Source: Owenia fusiformis (Eukaryota). From it: a stretch of DNA of 64,000 bases. The notes beneath the pieces are model-generated. The model searched no databases, had not been told where the DNA came from, and was given only the letters and a program-made list of their open reading frames with translations. The DNA lies in assembly GCA_903813345.2 (NCBI GenBank), contig CAIIXF020000001.1:42036001-42100000 (forward strand). The letters are read 5' to 3'. Shown here piece after piece: positions 40,701-54,717 of the stretch. Position 1 is the first letter of the stretch. Every line of letters starts with the position of its first letter. Made by a program: the position numbers and the translations under genes.

Positions 40701-41620
40701 TGTTCTTGTTTTAAATGCGCCAGGAATAGTTTCTATGGAAAACAAATCAATTGATGTTTTTAGCATTAAAAACAGTTTTTATGTTACATAAAGTTTCAAG
40801 ATAAAGTTTCAAGATAAGAATTCAGCTAAGAACAGTCGGTTTTTACATGTCCAATTGGGGCACTTAAGTCAAACTTATAATATGTAAACTTAAAGAAGGG
40901 AGAACAGGTCTTATTGACATAACATATTCAATCATTTAAAAGCAGATCCAAACAAATCACTGTGTGTGACGTGTACGGAATACAAATAGATAATTAATAC
41001 GATATGTGAGCGTTTTTGCTTAAAGGGAAAACTCCGAAGAGTATTAAAACACAATTAGAAAAAGAAGAGTGAAGACGGTTATAACGTGGCAAACCCAAAC
41101 ATCCCAAACAATGACATATTATGTAAAGCCTTACACCCCCCTTTCCCCCAACATCTAGGAATCAATACCACAAACCAAAACCACATGCCATTGGTCACAA
41201 TAGAGGCATTAGAATATATATTGAAGAGCAATTAAAATTGAAACCCTGCACTCCGTTATAAGTGGGTATTAATAGAATTTATAAAAGATTCCAGAGCATT
41301 CAGTCTTAATAATATGCGTGTGTTTAGCTTAAGCTTAAAGGGCCGACCCTGTACTTTCGCAAAGCCGAAATTCATTAGTCAATTAAACACAATATATCAA
41401 CGATAAGCATCGGATTGGTCTCGAAATATTTTAAGATTCATTGTTGGAAGTTCTATTCAAGTTAGGCTTTTAAAAGTGTTTTCCGGCCTTCATTCACTTG
41501 TCAGGGTTATACTGTTCTAGTCATACTAAATGTGATGCTGGAATTTTAATGCATTTACCCAAGTGTTAGCCTCCTAACCTTATAAATAACAAGTGAACAT
41601 CTAAAATTTAGTTTACTTTC

Positions 41621-42506
41621 ACACCCGGTGCAGACAGATCGCCTAAAATTACATTTGTATGATGCGAGACTCGACATTCACCTGGAAATTAGAATTTTGC
41701 CACTCGTGAAGCAAATTAATTTTTTACTGCTTTATAAATGGTGAATGACTTGATATTTCAATGTAACTCGTTTAAATAATGATGGCGGTGATTGAAATTA
41801 CGATGTAAGGATAAAACCGCAACGAAATATTTGTAGATTTCTTTGAAAAACTAAGAAATAGTTATTATAGTCGTAAACATCACATATCGAATTTTTCGAA
41901 ACAGAAAAAACATTTTCCCTAGTAGCATTAACATTGGTCTCGTGTATGTCATACATTTGACATATTTGAAATGCAACTATTATTCGAACTTATGAACTTA
42001 TAATCGTTCGGACATAAGTATGCTATGTAATAAAGTAACACTTGTATCATACTAATGTCCGATCATAAGTTATAATAATAGTTGCGTTTCAAATATTAAT
42101 TGTATGACATAATATGTCACACAATACGTATATGATATTCGAGACCAATGTTAATGCTACCAGGCCTTACAATTTATACATGTTTTTTTGTGTTTCGGAA
42201 AATTCGATATGTGATGTATATTTTTTAGTTCTTCAAAGAAATCAACAAATATTTCGTTGCGGTTTTATCTTTACATCGTTTTTTCCATTACCGCCATACG
42301 TTTTCAAACGACGTTACCTTGAACTATCAAGACATCATGCTATTTCATACTTATAAAACTTAATTTGGCTGTCATTCACTATTTATTAATAAAGCAGTAA
42401 AAAATTAATTTGCTCCATGGGTGACAAATTATTTCAAGTTTCCTGGTGAACGTCGAGTCTCACATCATACGAATGTAATTTTAGTCGATCTGTCTGCATG
42501 GGGTGT
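41621..42506. mobile_element. ~885 bp foldback (almost fully palindromic) element
   Basis: acacccggtgcagacagatcg pairs with cgatctgtctgcatggggtgt; arms pair to a centre near 42035. Confidence 0.8.
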
Positions 42507-42548
42507 ATCATCAACATCTGTGTGGAATATTCTTGAACATCTTAGACT

Positions 42549-42908
42549 TTATAATAAAAGAGTTCTCGAGAACATTGTGATTTTACTGGGTCCCTCAATG
42601 TGATCATCGATGCTTTGTTTTGATGCGGTAGAACAAACTTTGTAGATTTTATAATTTGCACGTTTTGTAAGATGTCCCTTGATCTTTCTTATAATGACTT
42701 CGAACTCATCAAACCATGGCGAGCTTAAGTCGACGAATGCGACGTCTGAGATAATCCCATTTGATAATTTCCCCCGAGGTAATCTAGCATGACATAAACC
42801 GGCGAGCGTATCCGTTACAGTAGCAACGATGTAAAAGGACCGTTCATAAAACTTATAACACGTCCGATAATGACATTTATACTGAAGAATGGCATCGGAT
42901 GCAATCAC
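42549..42908 (-). pseudogene. Possible transposase N-terminal remnant (Academ-like)
   Basis: IASDAILQYKCHYRTCYKFY loosely resembles the DLxAxxAxYHxxCY motif of invertebrate DNA-transposon proteins; the remainder is unrecognised. Confidence 0.25.
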
Positions 42909-43538
42909 GAATCATTTGAGACGGAGTTAAATTAACTAAACAGGTTGATAAAATAGGAAAGTTAAAAATGGTACGTTCGATTCCATCTTGTTTCCTATGT
43001 CCCGAAACTCAACTTTATGCGATAAAGAATATGCATAACGTTTTTGATCACGTGAACTCAACCGACGCATCAATTATTTAAACCAAGATTAGTTCTATTT
43101 TGGGTTCCTTCGAATTTGAATTGAAGTTAGTGGCATCATTAAACCAGTTATAACACTATTCCATTAAATATTTTTGCGATAAAATTCACAAACAGAAATT
43201 ATTAAAAGCGTCGAATATGTAGATTTGCACACATGGCATACTAACTACAAGTGCTTTTGACATGACGGAATAAAGAAAACTTATTTACCTTATTATTGAG
43301 TTTCATAGTTTATCTGAAATATGTAATTAATAAATATCATTTGTCTCCTACGCCCACTCGCGCAGATATCAGTATAAGAATAATATCATCACATGTCTTG
43401 ACATTGTAGCGACATTATCAACATGAATCTCAAAGTTTCTCCTCATATTCCAAGTTTACTGGGGCTGTTTGAACGACATCTTAATTAGCAAAATGCCAAC
43501 GTCAAACTCACGGTGCATTACGTTATCTTTATATATTA

Positions 43539-46355
43539 GACGGCATGGTAAAAGGGGGAGTCTTTGGCGTATTATGGTATTTTAACCCGATCAGAATAAC
43601 TTACTACATAATGCACTAAGCTAGACAGTTAATGGGCCCAATACTTCAAAGAGATATACGATCCAAGACTTTCAGCAGATATTAGCTTTATAGGCGATAT
43701 TTTGGGTCACAAAAACAGTTTTCATCTATTCACAACATATATTATTTGAAATCACAGAATCCTTCGAATCCTATCTGGATCCTTTATCAACTGAAGCGCT
43801 ACAAAACAATTAAATAAAACCAATGTTACGTTAAATTAATAATTATTAATTTCAAATGATAAATGTTGTGAATAGAAGAAAACTGTTCTTATGTGATTTA
43901 ATAACCAACCTGAACAATATTTGGGTGTTTAAATAAGAACTAATCCGTGTACGTTTGACGTTTCGCGCTGAACCGCTGCAGAATTCTTTCTATGCTTATT
44001 TATTTCGGAATGAAGTATTTGTAAATATAATTAATTGGTAGACATTAATTGAGACCAACCAGACACAGTTACATAGCATAAAAAGAAAAATATCAGAAAT
44101 GAATATATCATGTTTGCGATAAATACGGGCAGTACGACTCGTGCTTAGCAATGGGCACCAGAAGTAACTAATGGTAGGTATACCAACAGAATCTTTAAAG
44201 TCAAAACGTACAACGACCTTCCAATGCTTATTAGCTCACCCTATGCGGACGGAGCCTGTGGGCAATGTTTGGTGCGGCAGAAATGAGCGTTTGGTGCGTT
44301 TTTGAATTTAAATTTGGGATATTTCTGAACTAAGCCGTTTGGGACTTTAAATGTATTCATATATGACATTGTGTAGTTGACACCTAATATCAAATTGCGA
44401 AAAAAGTAACTATAAGCCAATCTAGCGACGCACCTTTTGGCACAAACATGAAAGCGTATTTCCTAGTATGAATAGAGGTTCTAGAAACAGTTGGCGTGGT
44501 CCAAGTACTCTTACAACACATCATCAAACGATAAAGTTCTTAGTTTATTTAGCGTCAATATTTAGAGGGGACTCATATCTGATGAAGATTTCCTAATTTT
44601 TATAAAATCACACAGACACTGTCTAGCTTCCAAGACACAAAAATAATTTGTATGGATAGCGGGGGGGGGGGGAGGGGGAGATTTCCAAAAGATCACCTTT
44701 CATATTGGCACGTTCGATAACCAATTTTAAAGGCCTCATTTGCCATTCTAATGTTCGCTTACAACTGTTTTTTGAGTATTCTCTGAAGATTACAATCGAG
44801 TAACTTCAATAGTTTTACCGTAGTTTTGAAATGATGATGTTGAACCAAGGGCGAACGTAATACCCGGAACGTTCGCAAATTGGCTTTCGTTTTTTACCGC
44901 ATCCGATTTGAATTACCCAATAAACATAATAGGTGTGTGAGAACTTTTTATTCTGACAATGTGTCTTACCCCCTCTCGACATAAAGTCCAGAGCTGAATA
45001 TGTCAGCACATGTTGATGTTTGGTAAGTAAAAATACTTTATCCTTATATCGTAACATATTTTCTATAGGCCTAGTTAAGTGAATTTCGGTCACGAACGAT
45101 TCAGAAACAACAGTTAAAACGAAGATTGTCCGCCGATTGTTCTTTTACATGTCATATATTTAAGTTAATCGATCATGTGAACAGATTCCAATGCTATAGA
45201 GTAAAATAACCGCAAAACGGTACAGAAAAAGGTACCTAGGTCTGAGAAAACCTACCCCTCTATACACCATCGTCTAATGAAGACCACACAAAGCCCCGGA
45301 TGTCGTGCCGTTTCTCGTTTCGTTTGGTACACAACTAAGCCCCGGGTATTAAATATTAAGCCCTTGGTTGAACTGATGTTAAACTGAAATAAACGCCATT
45401 TCAACGTTTTCAAATTTTACTTTGCGCATGCGCGACACTGAGAAAGCACTTGCAATTAACTTTGGAATTGTAAAACACTTATGTCACAAAAGTTGGCTTA
45501 TGAAGTATATAGAGATTATCCTATATGTGGACTATACCGACTAAAGGATGATCTGTTTATCCCATACCAATCTTGGTCATCTGGTTCACATTGTTCAATT
45601 GGCCACAGTTCAGAAAATTTCCAACATGCGAACGTTACAAAAATTAACCAACATGAAAATGAAACATCAGGGAGCAAGAGTTAAGGTAAAGGTGCACTTG
45701 ATGAAATTTCATGGCCATTTGCTATTTTCAGATAAACATAACTCATTCCACACATCACTCTACATCTTTCATTCTTGCACAAAAGATGGATTAGTGTACC
45801 TAGAATATTGATTGAGGGTTGATAATTCTTCAGAATGTTTGAATAACTAGAATATTCAGTGGTTTAGTTTTCAAAATTGCAAAAAAATTCCAAAGTGCAC
45901 TCTGTCCTAAAAGAAAAAAGCCCCTAATTAATATCCCAAATTAGATATAGTATCTCTCGCAATGCCTCACAACGACTTCGCCATACACATAACAGGCAGT
46001 TAGGCCTGATGTGGGTGTCAGACTGGTGTCAAATGGCGTTTTGCCCCCCCCCCTTCCACGGCATAAACTAGGAGAAGTTCAATTCTGGATAAAATAAAGC
46101 CGAGATGGCCAAGGTCAGATGTTGCTGCATTGTTTTACATGCATTTGCATTGTTCTAGTATAGTTCTCTTTTTATTAATTTTGAAAAAATCCTGCACAGA
46201 CTTGAACGCTGCAAAACACACGGATCAGGAGCCCATATTAATGGATAAAACAGAGGATCTTATGGAAGCTGAAGCAGCAGAGTACAGATATTCCAAAGAT
46301 ACTCTGCACAAGAGGTTTTGAAATTCCGAAAGACTCCCCCTTTTACCATGCCGTT
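43539..46355. mobile_element. 2.8 kb Kolobok-like non-autonomous element
   Basis: acggcatggtaaaagggggagtcttt at 43540 and its exact reverse complement ending at 46354; right flank TTAA. Confidence 0.7.
45511..45601 (-). mobile_element. Remnant of a subfamily 2 hairpin element with the hairpin collapsed
   Basis: at|agagattatcctatatg...ccgactaaaggatgatctgtttatcccataccaatc...cacattgttcaattg matches the reverse complement of 6660-6839 with the hairpin centre deleted. Confidence 0.65.
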
Positions 46356-46705
46356 TTAACATCAACGCCAGCTAGACTAGTAGCCGTTTTATGCTGCCAT
46401 GTATCTTCATCTTTTCACTTTTTAACAACAAGTGAATTTTCTTTCCAATGGTATATAATATGTTTGTGTATCTCTCTTAGTTTATGCTGCACAACGCCTT
46501 TTGACACCCTGTACATAGGTAACTTCGAATATTAATGGAATGCCTCACGGGGTACACATGTCAATATATGCCATCGATAAACTTAGTATCGTACATGTTT
46601 ATCTCGAGAGTATCAAATAGTATGCAAATAATACATAACTTGATAATTCATTAACTCACATAATGTAGATATTTATCGTTCTTGCAAATATTAATTTTGA
46701 TACCC

Positions 46706-49070
46706 TAGTAGCCGAGACAGAATAGTCATTCCTTTTTTCTGATGAGTTTTTCAATTCTCAATAATATTTTCATGAAATTTTCACAGGAGACATAAAATAT
46801 TAATTTTCATTATAATTACAGGTTTTCAACAGAAGGCCAACTTCTGTTAAGGACCATTTTCTGTTTTTAGAGGACAATACTAGTTTCCGATTATCATGAT
46901 TGTATCAATTCTAGTTTTGAGTGGTAACTTATGTACCGACTTACATACATGAATTCCTAATATTATTTTATTAGTCAAAAATATTTTTAATCGATTATAG
47001 ATACCGTATGTAATGCAACCTAACGCCCCTTTGCTCCCTACCTCTGCCACTAACGTTTTTGTCTAAATCTCTGCGTAATCAATGGAATATATCTCACAGA
47101 AGGGTTAATATCATGAATGTCACAGGGCAGAATCTAAAAAGCAAGCCATACAATAAGGTAGTATCAAATATCACAAATGAGATACTGGTATATTCAATCC
47201 AAGTTATTTAATATGATGTTTCAATAACGCAGATGCGAGTAGGTAGTTACCAGTTTCACCACCAGGTGGCTCGTTCGGGTCAGATAGCATGGCGGGTATA
47301 GGAGAAAATCCCCCTTAACTTAAATTACATCTGTTTTAGTGGTTCAATTTTCATATTACCCTTATCTATCTGATAGTTATGCAAATCAAAATATGTCCAG
47401 TAAATGAAAATGTTATCTGATCAATACAAGAAAAGAAATTTCACTTTTTGTGATTTTGTAACATGGGCTCTATGGAGAATCAACTCGAACTAGAAGTCAC
47501 ATTTTCAAAAATAATTAATTTTCAAACTTGATAAACAATTTTCGAAACCATATTTCTAGATGTACTTTCACATGTAGATTTCAAATATAACAATGCTTGG
47601 ACTGAATTTTGAATATTTAATGGCGTAAATCAAGTTTTTTTCTATTCGCATCTAGTCTATTGTTGCCCAAGTAAAACATGGGATATATCTATCTAACAAC
47701 AGAATGGTAACAATTATTATTTCTACCCAAGTATCCAAGGTGGAAATGGGTCTAAATGAGCGAGTCGAATTGCATTTTCTATAAGGTCAATGCATAGATA
47801 ATTGTTAAACAATGGTAACAAATGAAACTATTTATGTCATATGGTGAAACGTCATTTGGGGAAAACATATGATTTAATGGAAATAAAGACAATGCTTATT
47901 CCAGAAAGAAAAGGAAATAATGCGCTTGCCAATGTGATCTCCCCATGGAAAAAAATTACAAAATCAAAATGAGTATACTACTTTTATTATTACATTTATA
48001 TGCACAATAGTATCTTGTTGACCTATATTCAGCACTGTATTGGCCACTTATTAGGCTCATAATTCAATCATCAAGTGTAGAGGTTAGATTCCAAACCAGG
48101 AAGTATTTTTGTGTCTATTAAAATCCATTTGCATCATACGCATCCCTACATCCTATCCAAATATGTTACTAAATAATGAAATATAATATTATAATCTTTG
48201 GTTTTGCAAGGTTTTACACAGTGTTTTATGATATTTTCTAAGTGTAAAATATGTTTTTTTTAATGTTTTTTTTTATAATTTTTTTATTTCAAAGAATAAG
48301 CATGTTAAAGCAATTGCAAAAAACAATTACAGTACAGTTACATGGTAAACCTACATTTAGCAATTTTACAATACAGTATTGGTTAAATATTTCGTCTTAA
48401 GAGACGTTATACCATTGGCATTTTTTTTATTTAAAGGAAAAAATCATCAGTTTCATTCGTTTAATTTTGTTTCCATGATTTTCCACTTATTGAAGCATTT
48501 TTCTATAGCCATTTTGTACGAAAAATCTTTTAATTTAAAGTATGACCTGAATCGATTGGAAACTTCATATTTGCACATTTGATGAGATGAACCATTTGTG
48601 TCATATTGTGTAAATTATTAAGTTTGCAATCGATTCAAGTCATAGTGTATTTTTGGTATTTCTGTGATAATCAATGGAAACCAATGGCCTCTACTCTACT
48701 GAACTAAATGACCCCTATCTCAACTTATGTGTGCCCAAACACTTTAATATTTTATATTATATGACATTCTATTCTTCATGTTACACCTAAGAATGATTCA
48801 TTTTGACCATAGGGATATTTGCCAATAATCGCACCTCTTCCTTTATCAGTTTCAGACAAAAAACGTGAAATCGGTATCTTGAATTTAGCCATCATCTTTG
48901 AAAAGCTGTAACTAAACTGTAAACTAATGAATTAATAATTAATAAATAATCAATCCGTATTTTAGGAATGCTTTAAAGTTTATCCTGCAAAAATTTCATG
49001 AAACAATATTAAGAAATGTACAAGTTATCAGGAAAAAAGAAAGTGATGGCTTGGTCTGTCCCGGCTACTA
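46706..49070. mobile_element. 2.4 kb TIR element with TAG termini (Academ-like)
   Basis: tagtagccgagacag...catgaaatttt pairs with aaaatttcatg...ctgtcccggctacta (~80 bp imperfect TIR); TSD not seen. Confidence 0.7.
47222..47662 (+). mobile_element. Uninterrupted 441 bp MITE (CAATA...TATTG)
   Basis: TIR caataacgcagatgcgagtag / ctattcgcatctagtctattg; matches 11271-11543 joined to 13414-13580. Confidence 0.85.
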
Positions 49071-49859
49071 TATTATGTTGCAGTTTGTGATGTAACCTTC
49101 TTAACGGATAGCATTCAAATAAATAATATTGATCTTCTTGGCGCAATCGTTAGACTATGTGGTCAAATGACCGATTGACACTTGCAATGAATACCATTTG
49201 CATTTGTTCGACTTCGCTTCTTAAAAGAGAGCTTCGTCTTCAGGTACTTTATAACTAGACTCTCTGAGCGTAGGGTATTCTTATATGTGACCATGCTGGA
49301 TACTTCCTTATGATTGGTCGGTACACTTTTTGGATCCAAACCTATTTCTTCAATAAATATTCCACGGAACCTGCTTTTTACGGGATTTTGAAATATACAT
49401 TTTATTCCCTTGTGCTATCCACTTAGAAGTAATAGCACCAGATGAATTGGGATATATTTGTGTTTTTGATCTGCTTTCGCTCTGCTTCATTTATCGTTGT
49501 CAGTTTTACAATAATGTCTACTACAGTATTTTCCACAAATAGTAATCTTATACAGGTGTGTAATACAGGTGTATAATTTGTAGCTTTATAAACTATTACT
49601 AATAACATTACATGGGTGGGTGTGTTATTGGAGGCTACACCACTCTAGCTGATATTAGATTAATAGTGATATATTGTAGACTTTTGCGAAATTAGAAATG
49701 CAAGTATCTATACTAGAAAGAGAGACATCATCGAACTATTGTATATTTTTGTTGTTGTTATACATATAGTTTTATACGTGTGAATTCAAAAACTCTTTAT
49801 TATATCATCGTATTTTACTTGAATGCTATTTTTATTTATTCCAGTCAACTACACATAGA

Positions 49860-50625
49860 CTGCTAAAAACATTTTTCCTCTAAAACTCGAATTTTATAAT
49901 AGATTTAAAGTCAAAGCATACAAATGATATGAAAGTTATTTGACTAAAAGAAAACAATTTACGTATTTTAACTTTGGAAGTTCTACACCATGGAATCAAT
50001 CACATGGCATCCCTCAGGGATCGATATTGGGCCCTATCCTTTTTATAATATACATAAATGAACTTTACCAGCTAGTGATCTTTTAAATGAGTAATATTTG
50101 CAGATGGTACTATTACTTCGTTCAGATAAAAATATCAATAGATTCATACACAGAGTGGATGAACGATACAGTTGACCAATGGTTTGGCACAAAAACGTAC
50201 ATATTGATAAAACAAGCTTCAAAATATTTTTACGACCCAGCAGCAGGTTCCTTTGGATATTTCCACCAAGATTAGAAATTCAAAAATCAACCGAATTCTC
50301 TCTAAAATAAAATTTTCTAGGTGTAGTCATTGATTATATTTAAATATAGTCTAGCAACAAGCCTCCATGACCCTCCTTTACTTAAACTCCTTCCCACACA
50401 GAGGGCGTATAGCTGGACGAATTTAAATTGGAAGGAACATTTACTAAAAATCTCTCTTAAAATCATATAAACCTTACAAAAAACTTATAGAAATACAAGA
50501 CACCTGTTTTGACCATACTAATTATTCATTTATCTATTCTCATTTGCAATACTGCATTCTAATTAAAGTAAAACTATTATTAGACCAATTTTAAAACTTT
50601 TAAAAGGCTTCTTAGAATAGCCGTG
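49860..50625 (+). mobile_element. Decayed non-LTR retrotransposon RT fragment (CR1/L2-like)
   Basis: Translates in pieces to ESYLTKRKQ, HGIPQGSILGPILFIIYINEL, FADGT (from FADDT), FLGVVID and YSFIYSHLQYCI. Confidence 0.85.
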
Positions 50626-50808
50626 TAAGGTAAAAGCAGTAGGAGACATACTTCTAGGTTTCCTTGCAGATTTTACTTTTTTTTAAAGATAGTTGATACC
50701 GCCTGAATGTTTGGATTTTCATTTTCAAATGCTTGAGTATAACTGATTTCCTAGACGATCTTTTTTGTAATCCTTCACACCACATTTGAATAATCTCAAT
50801 ATCCCTAA

Positions 50809-50948
50809 TGCCTGGGTCACATTTGCTCCGATCCATCGGCCGGCGCCCGGCCGATTGAGTGTTTTGCTCAATATTGTATTCAATTTTGAACAAAATACTC
50901 AATCGGCCGGGCGTTGTAGTGAAAATCGGAGCAAATGTGACCAAGGCA
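50809..50948 (+). mobile_element. 140 bp PIF/Harbinger-like MITE, TAA TSD
   Basis: taa|tgcctgggtcacatttgctccgat...atcggagcaaatgtgaccaaggca|taa. Confidence 0.85.
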
Positions 50949-51258
50949 TAAATTCAACACTAACTACGGAGAGAAACGTTTTTTAGTTAAAGGTGATCTT
51001 ATATGGAATGTAACACCATTTTATATCAAACTTTCAGAAAACATTCCAGTTCTCAAATAGTCACTTAGAGATTATTATTGTAATCTATACTTGGAGGAAA
51101 ACTTTCTTGAACTACTGGAAGATTTCAGATGATATTATATATTTCTTTTACTTTTCACATCAATTTTGTTGAAGAACTAGATGATGTTATTGAAGAACTA
51201 GGTGAGACCTACAGCCATTTTCAATGAATAACTTAATTTTCATCATTAGAGACATTAA

Positions 51259-51398
51259 TGCCTTGGTCACATTTGTTCCGATTTTCACTACGGCGCGCGG
51301 GCGATTGAGTATTTTGTTCAAAATTGAATACAACATTGAACAAAACACTCAATCGGCTGGGCGCCGGCCGATGGATCGGAGCAAATGTGACCCAGGCA
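51259..51398 (-). mobile_element. Second copy of the 140 bp MITE, inverted
   Basis: Reverse complement of 50809-50948; flanks TAA/TTA. Confidence 0.85.
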
Positions 51399-52218
51399 TT
51401 AACTGGCATATAAAATCGAAACGGGAACCTGTACGTATAAAATCACCCTATGCAAATGCATGTAGTCAAATAAATAAACGTTCGGTTACAGTGTTTATTT
51501 AGTCCGTTACTGAGACCACACTGAAGACTGTAATACGCTATTGATAGTTATATAGCTGGTTTTCTATGATACATATTTTAAACAAGCTCGATTCGTAAGT
51601 CATTTGAAGCTAAAGCATTTATGCCAGACATCATTTTCTTCAGAAAGTATTATATTTTAGATCGAAATCTTAAAGCTTAAAGTCTCTATTATGTACGATA
51701 TCATACTTTAAACAATTGCGTATACCTTTCTTATTATACATCATGAACATTTGTAAATACCAGTATTATTCTCCCTCCTGGGGGTCACTATAACCTGTAT
51801 ATATGTTATATTGATAGATTCAATCTACGTCTGTCGTCTCTTATCTGTTTCGACATCTGGCTATCGATATTGATATTTTTAATACATAGCACGGTGGACT
51901 CCAGCTAAGATTCAAATTTATTTGTTCTCCGTTTGATCCTTTAGAAGCAGTTTGTATCGCTACCTCGATGTGGTCATTCTTAAGTTTAGTGGAACGATCC
52001 CATATATCGTCAAATACTCACTTGAGTTTGAACGGAATGTAATGGAAATAGAGCTCGCATGACCTATATATTAAAATGCGATGACAGGGTTTAAAATGTT
52101 TTCAGTACCTTCTGTTTGGTGGTTAAAACAGATGATTACTTAGTATGTTGGAATTGTTATCAAGTAACCATGTTTTAAGTACCAACCAAAAATTTCAAAA
52201 AGGCCATAGTTCCTTCAA

Positions 52219-52529
52219 GAACCCCTATTCTTACTATTGAAAATTGATTCTTGCAATACTATCCCATATGATTGTACTTGTTGAGACTCAATCAACTTGA
52301 TTTTTTTCTGAGAAAATGAGGATTTTGTATCTACCGCCATGGTGACATACATGATGGTATCCCGATGCTAAGTCATTAGTCAATGGTGTGTATCGCCATG
52401 CTAAGGCAATGCCATCCTTGCGGAAATCTTCATTTTCTCAGAAGAACTCAAGTTGATCGAGTCTCAATAAATAGATTCATGTTGGATAGTATTGCTAGAA
52501 TCCATTTTCAATAGCAAGAAAAGGGGTTC
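52219..52529. mobile_element. Kolobok-like foldback MITE
   Basis: tcaa|gaacccct...aggggttc|ttaa with ~105 bp imperfect arms. Confidence 0.75.
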
Positions 52530-52533
52530 TTAA

Positions 52534-53091
52534 CCCCCCTATCACACCAAACTAGTTCTTACCCGTTCTTGCCAGTCCTACGAAAACGTCGTAAAACGGG
52601 CTCAATCTGACTGTGGTCGGGAAATATGATTAAATAATAAGCTACCTCGTTCATAAACAGTCTTCAATACGTCCATCTCATTCGCAGTTCGTCCAGGTCG
52701 CACCACGTCGGTGTGTAACGTCGTATAATACGTGCATTAGTCTAGAAGGTCATCATGACCTGATTACAGAACGGTATGGTCGCCATCGAATTTTGAATCG
52801 ATTCAAAATTCTAAATCACATTCCCCGTCCGGGAAAGTCCATGAAGTTCGTAAACAGACCGTAGAACATTGTAGCTACGTTCATTCCGTTCGCACACAGT
52901 ATAAAACCAGTTTTGAAGAACGTAGTGGCAATTTGCTTGGTGTCAATCTAGAGGACCTATACCCGTTCGAGTACGTTCTATGAAGTTTGTAAATAGACAC
53001 CAACCGGTTCTAAGTACGTCCAGTCCGTTCGTACACAGTTGAAGCCCGTTTTCGAGAACGTAGTGAGAACTAGTTTGGTGTGATAGTAGGG
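52534..53091 (+). mobile_element. PIF/Harbinger-like MITE, TAA TSD
   Basis: taa|ccccctatcacaccaaactagttct...agaactagtttggtgtgatagtaggg|taa. Confidence 0.85.
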
Positions 53092-54661
53092 TAAACAGGA
53101 CACTGGGCTTCCTATTTAGAACTTTTTGTTGGCTCAATTTCTCTTTCCTATTAGTGTAGCAATGTGTTTCGGCTTAAACGTTTTACCAACCGTAACTGGA
53201 ATCATAAGCTTTCTAGAGAGTTCTGTAAACAGGTCTGTTTCTGATCGTTGTCTTGATTAAGGTCAAGTTCATCCCTTTAAAAACATGAGTGAATCCATGA
53301 CAGCTCCATCAACTCTTGTAATATCCTCTTAATAACATAATACGTATACTCGGATGGTGATGATGTACAATAAACATTGGGTTACATTGAGAACAGTGGT
53401 TGTTTTAAAAGGGTAGTCCTCATCCTATTGACAAGGAAGCCAATAAAGTATAGGATAAAACACATTTAAGAGTATGAAAGTCGTCTATATCCCTCGGGGC
53501 TACATTAGAAGCAAAATGGTCATAATTTGACATGTAAGGTAGCAATTATACATGGGTATTAAAGATGAAATACTCATTATTTCTGGTTTATGATACAGAT
53601 ATAGTCGATTTACTCTTGAAACATTGCGCATGTTACCATTGAGAGTCGTTTAGGTGAGTTGACATGAGATAAACTCTCAAAGTTGATCTATTTGATACAG
53701 CAACCGTTGTTCTCTTTGAAATCGCTTGGATTTATTTCTGCAGAATATGCTTTTTAGTATGTCTCTTTGATTGGAATTGCCACAAACGAGAAATTATGTG
53801 GTTAATAACTTCTATATTTTACTAGTGATGGTTCAACGTTTACTTCTTGCCAGATCAAAGTTGGAAGCTGTCGTTTGACTTGATAATTCACTACATCAGT
53901 AAAAGATATAAAACAACTTGATCAGATTCATTACAAAGCTTCTGTAATCTGCCCTGGCGCTATATTTGGATTATCATTCACCAAGGTCCTGGAAAATTTG
54001 AACTTGTAAATCAAAAGACTATAACTACTTTTCATTGCCCCCTCAAGAAACCATTTTTAATAGACTTTGAAGTCCAACTTAGCCATTTAATTGATTATCA
54101 TAATAACCTTAAAACAAAAATGGATAATTGCATTTTTTCTATTTGATAAACCATCACTTACAAGATGTGATAACATCAACATACTCAGTCTCAGTGCAGT
54201 CTTTCTTGAAAAGTGTGCAACCATCACCACTCACCAGTCCCCAGTTGATTGAATCGTTTACTTATCACTTTGTGTTACGTTGATTATTATATGGTTTGAT
54301 TTTTTTCTTTTATTTAGCCAATAATGCTCTTTGAACCCAGCAAAAATGATTGATTTTGTGAGATCTAATTATAAATAAACTATAAATAAAAAATATATTA
54401 GACAGCAAGATAGTTCTTGATCAAATTGCCCCTAATTCATTTGGATGTGTTGATCTTTGTTCTTTTAGCTTACCGCCTAATTTTGTGACATCCTTGATTT
54501 GTTTGAACACATTGACCTAAAATATATACGACTGTTAACAGGAACTGTTTTATAATTTCAGTATTATCATTAAGTAAATTGATATTGAGTGTTATATTTG
54601 CACGCTAACACATCATTTAACTGAGCCATTAATCAGGACATCAGGCTCCACAGCTAAAGCA

Positions 54662-54717
54662 TCAGTCACTTTTGCTCTATGACGCCCGTACGGTTGCCGT
54701 AGATCAAATGTGACTGA
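54662..54717. mobile_element. Collapsed MITE forming a 56 bp hairpin
   Basis: tcagtcacttttgctctatgacgcccgtacggttgccgtagatcaaatgtgactga; related to 58461-58598. Confidence 0.6.
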
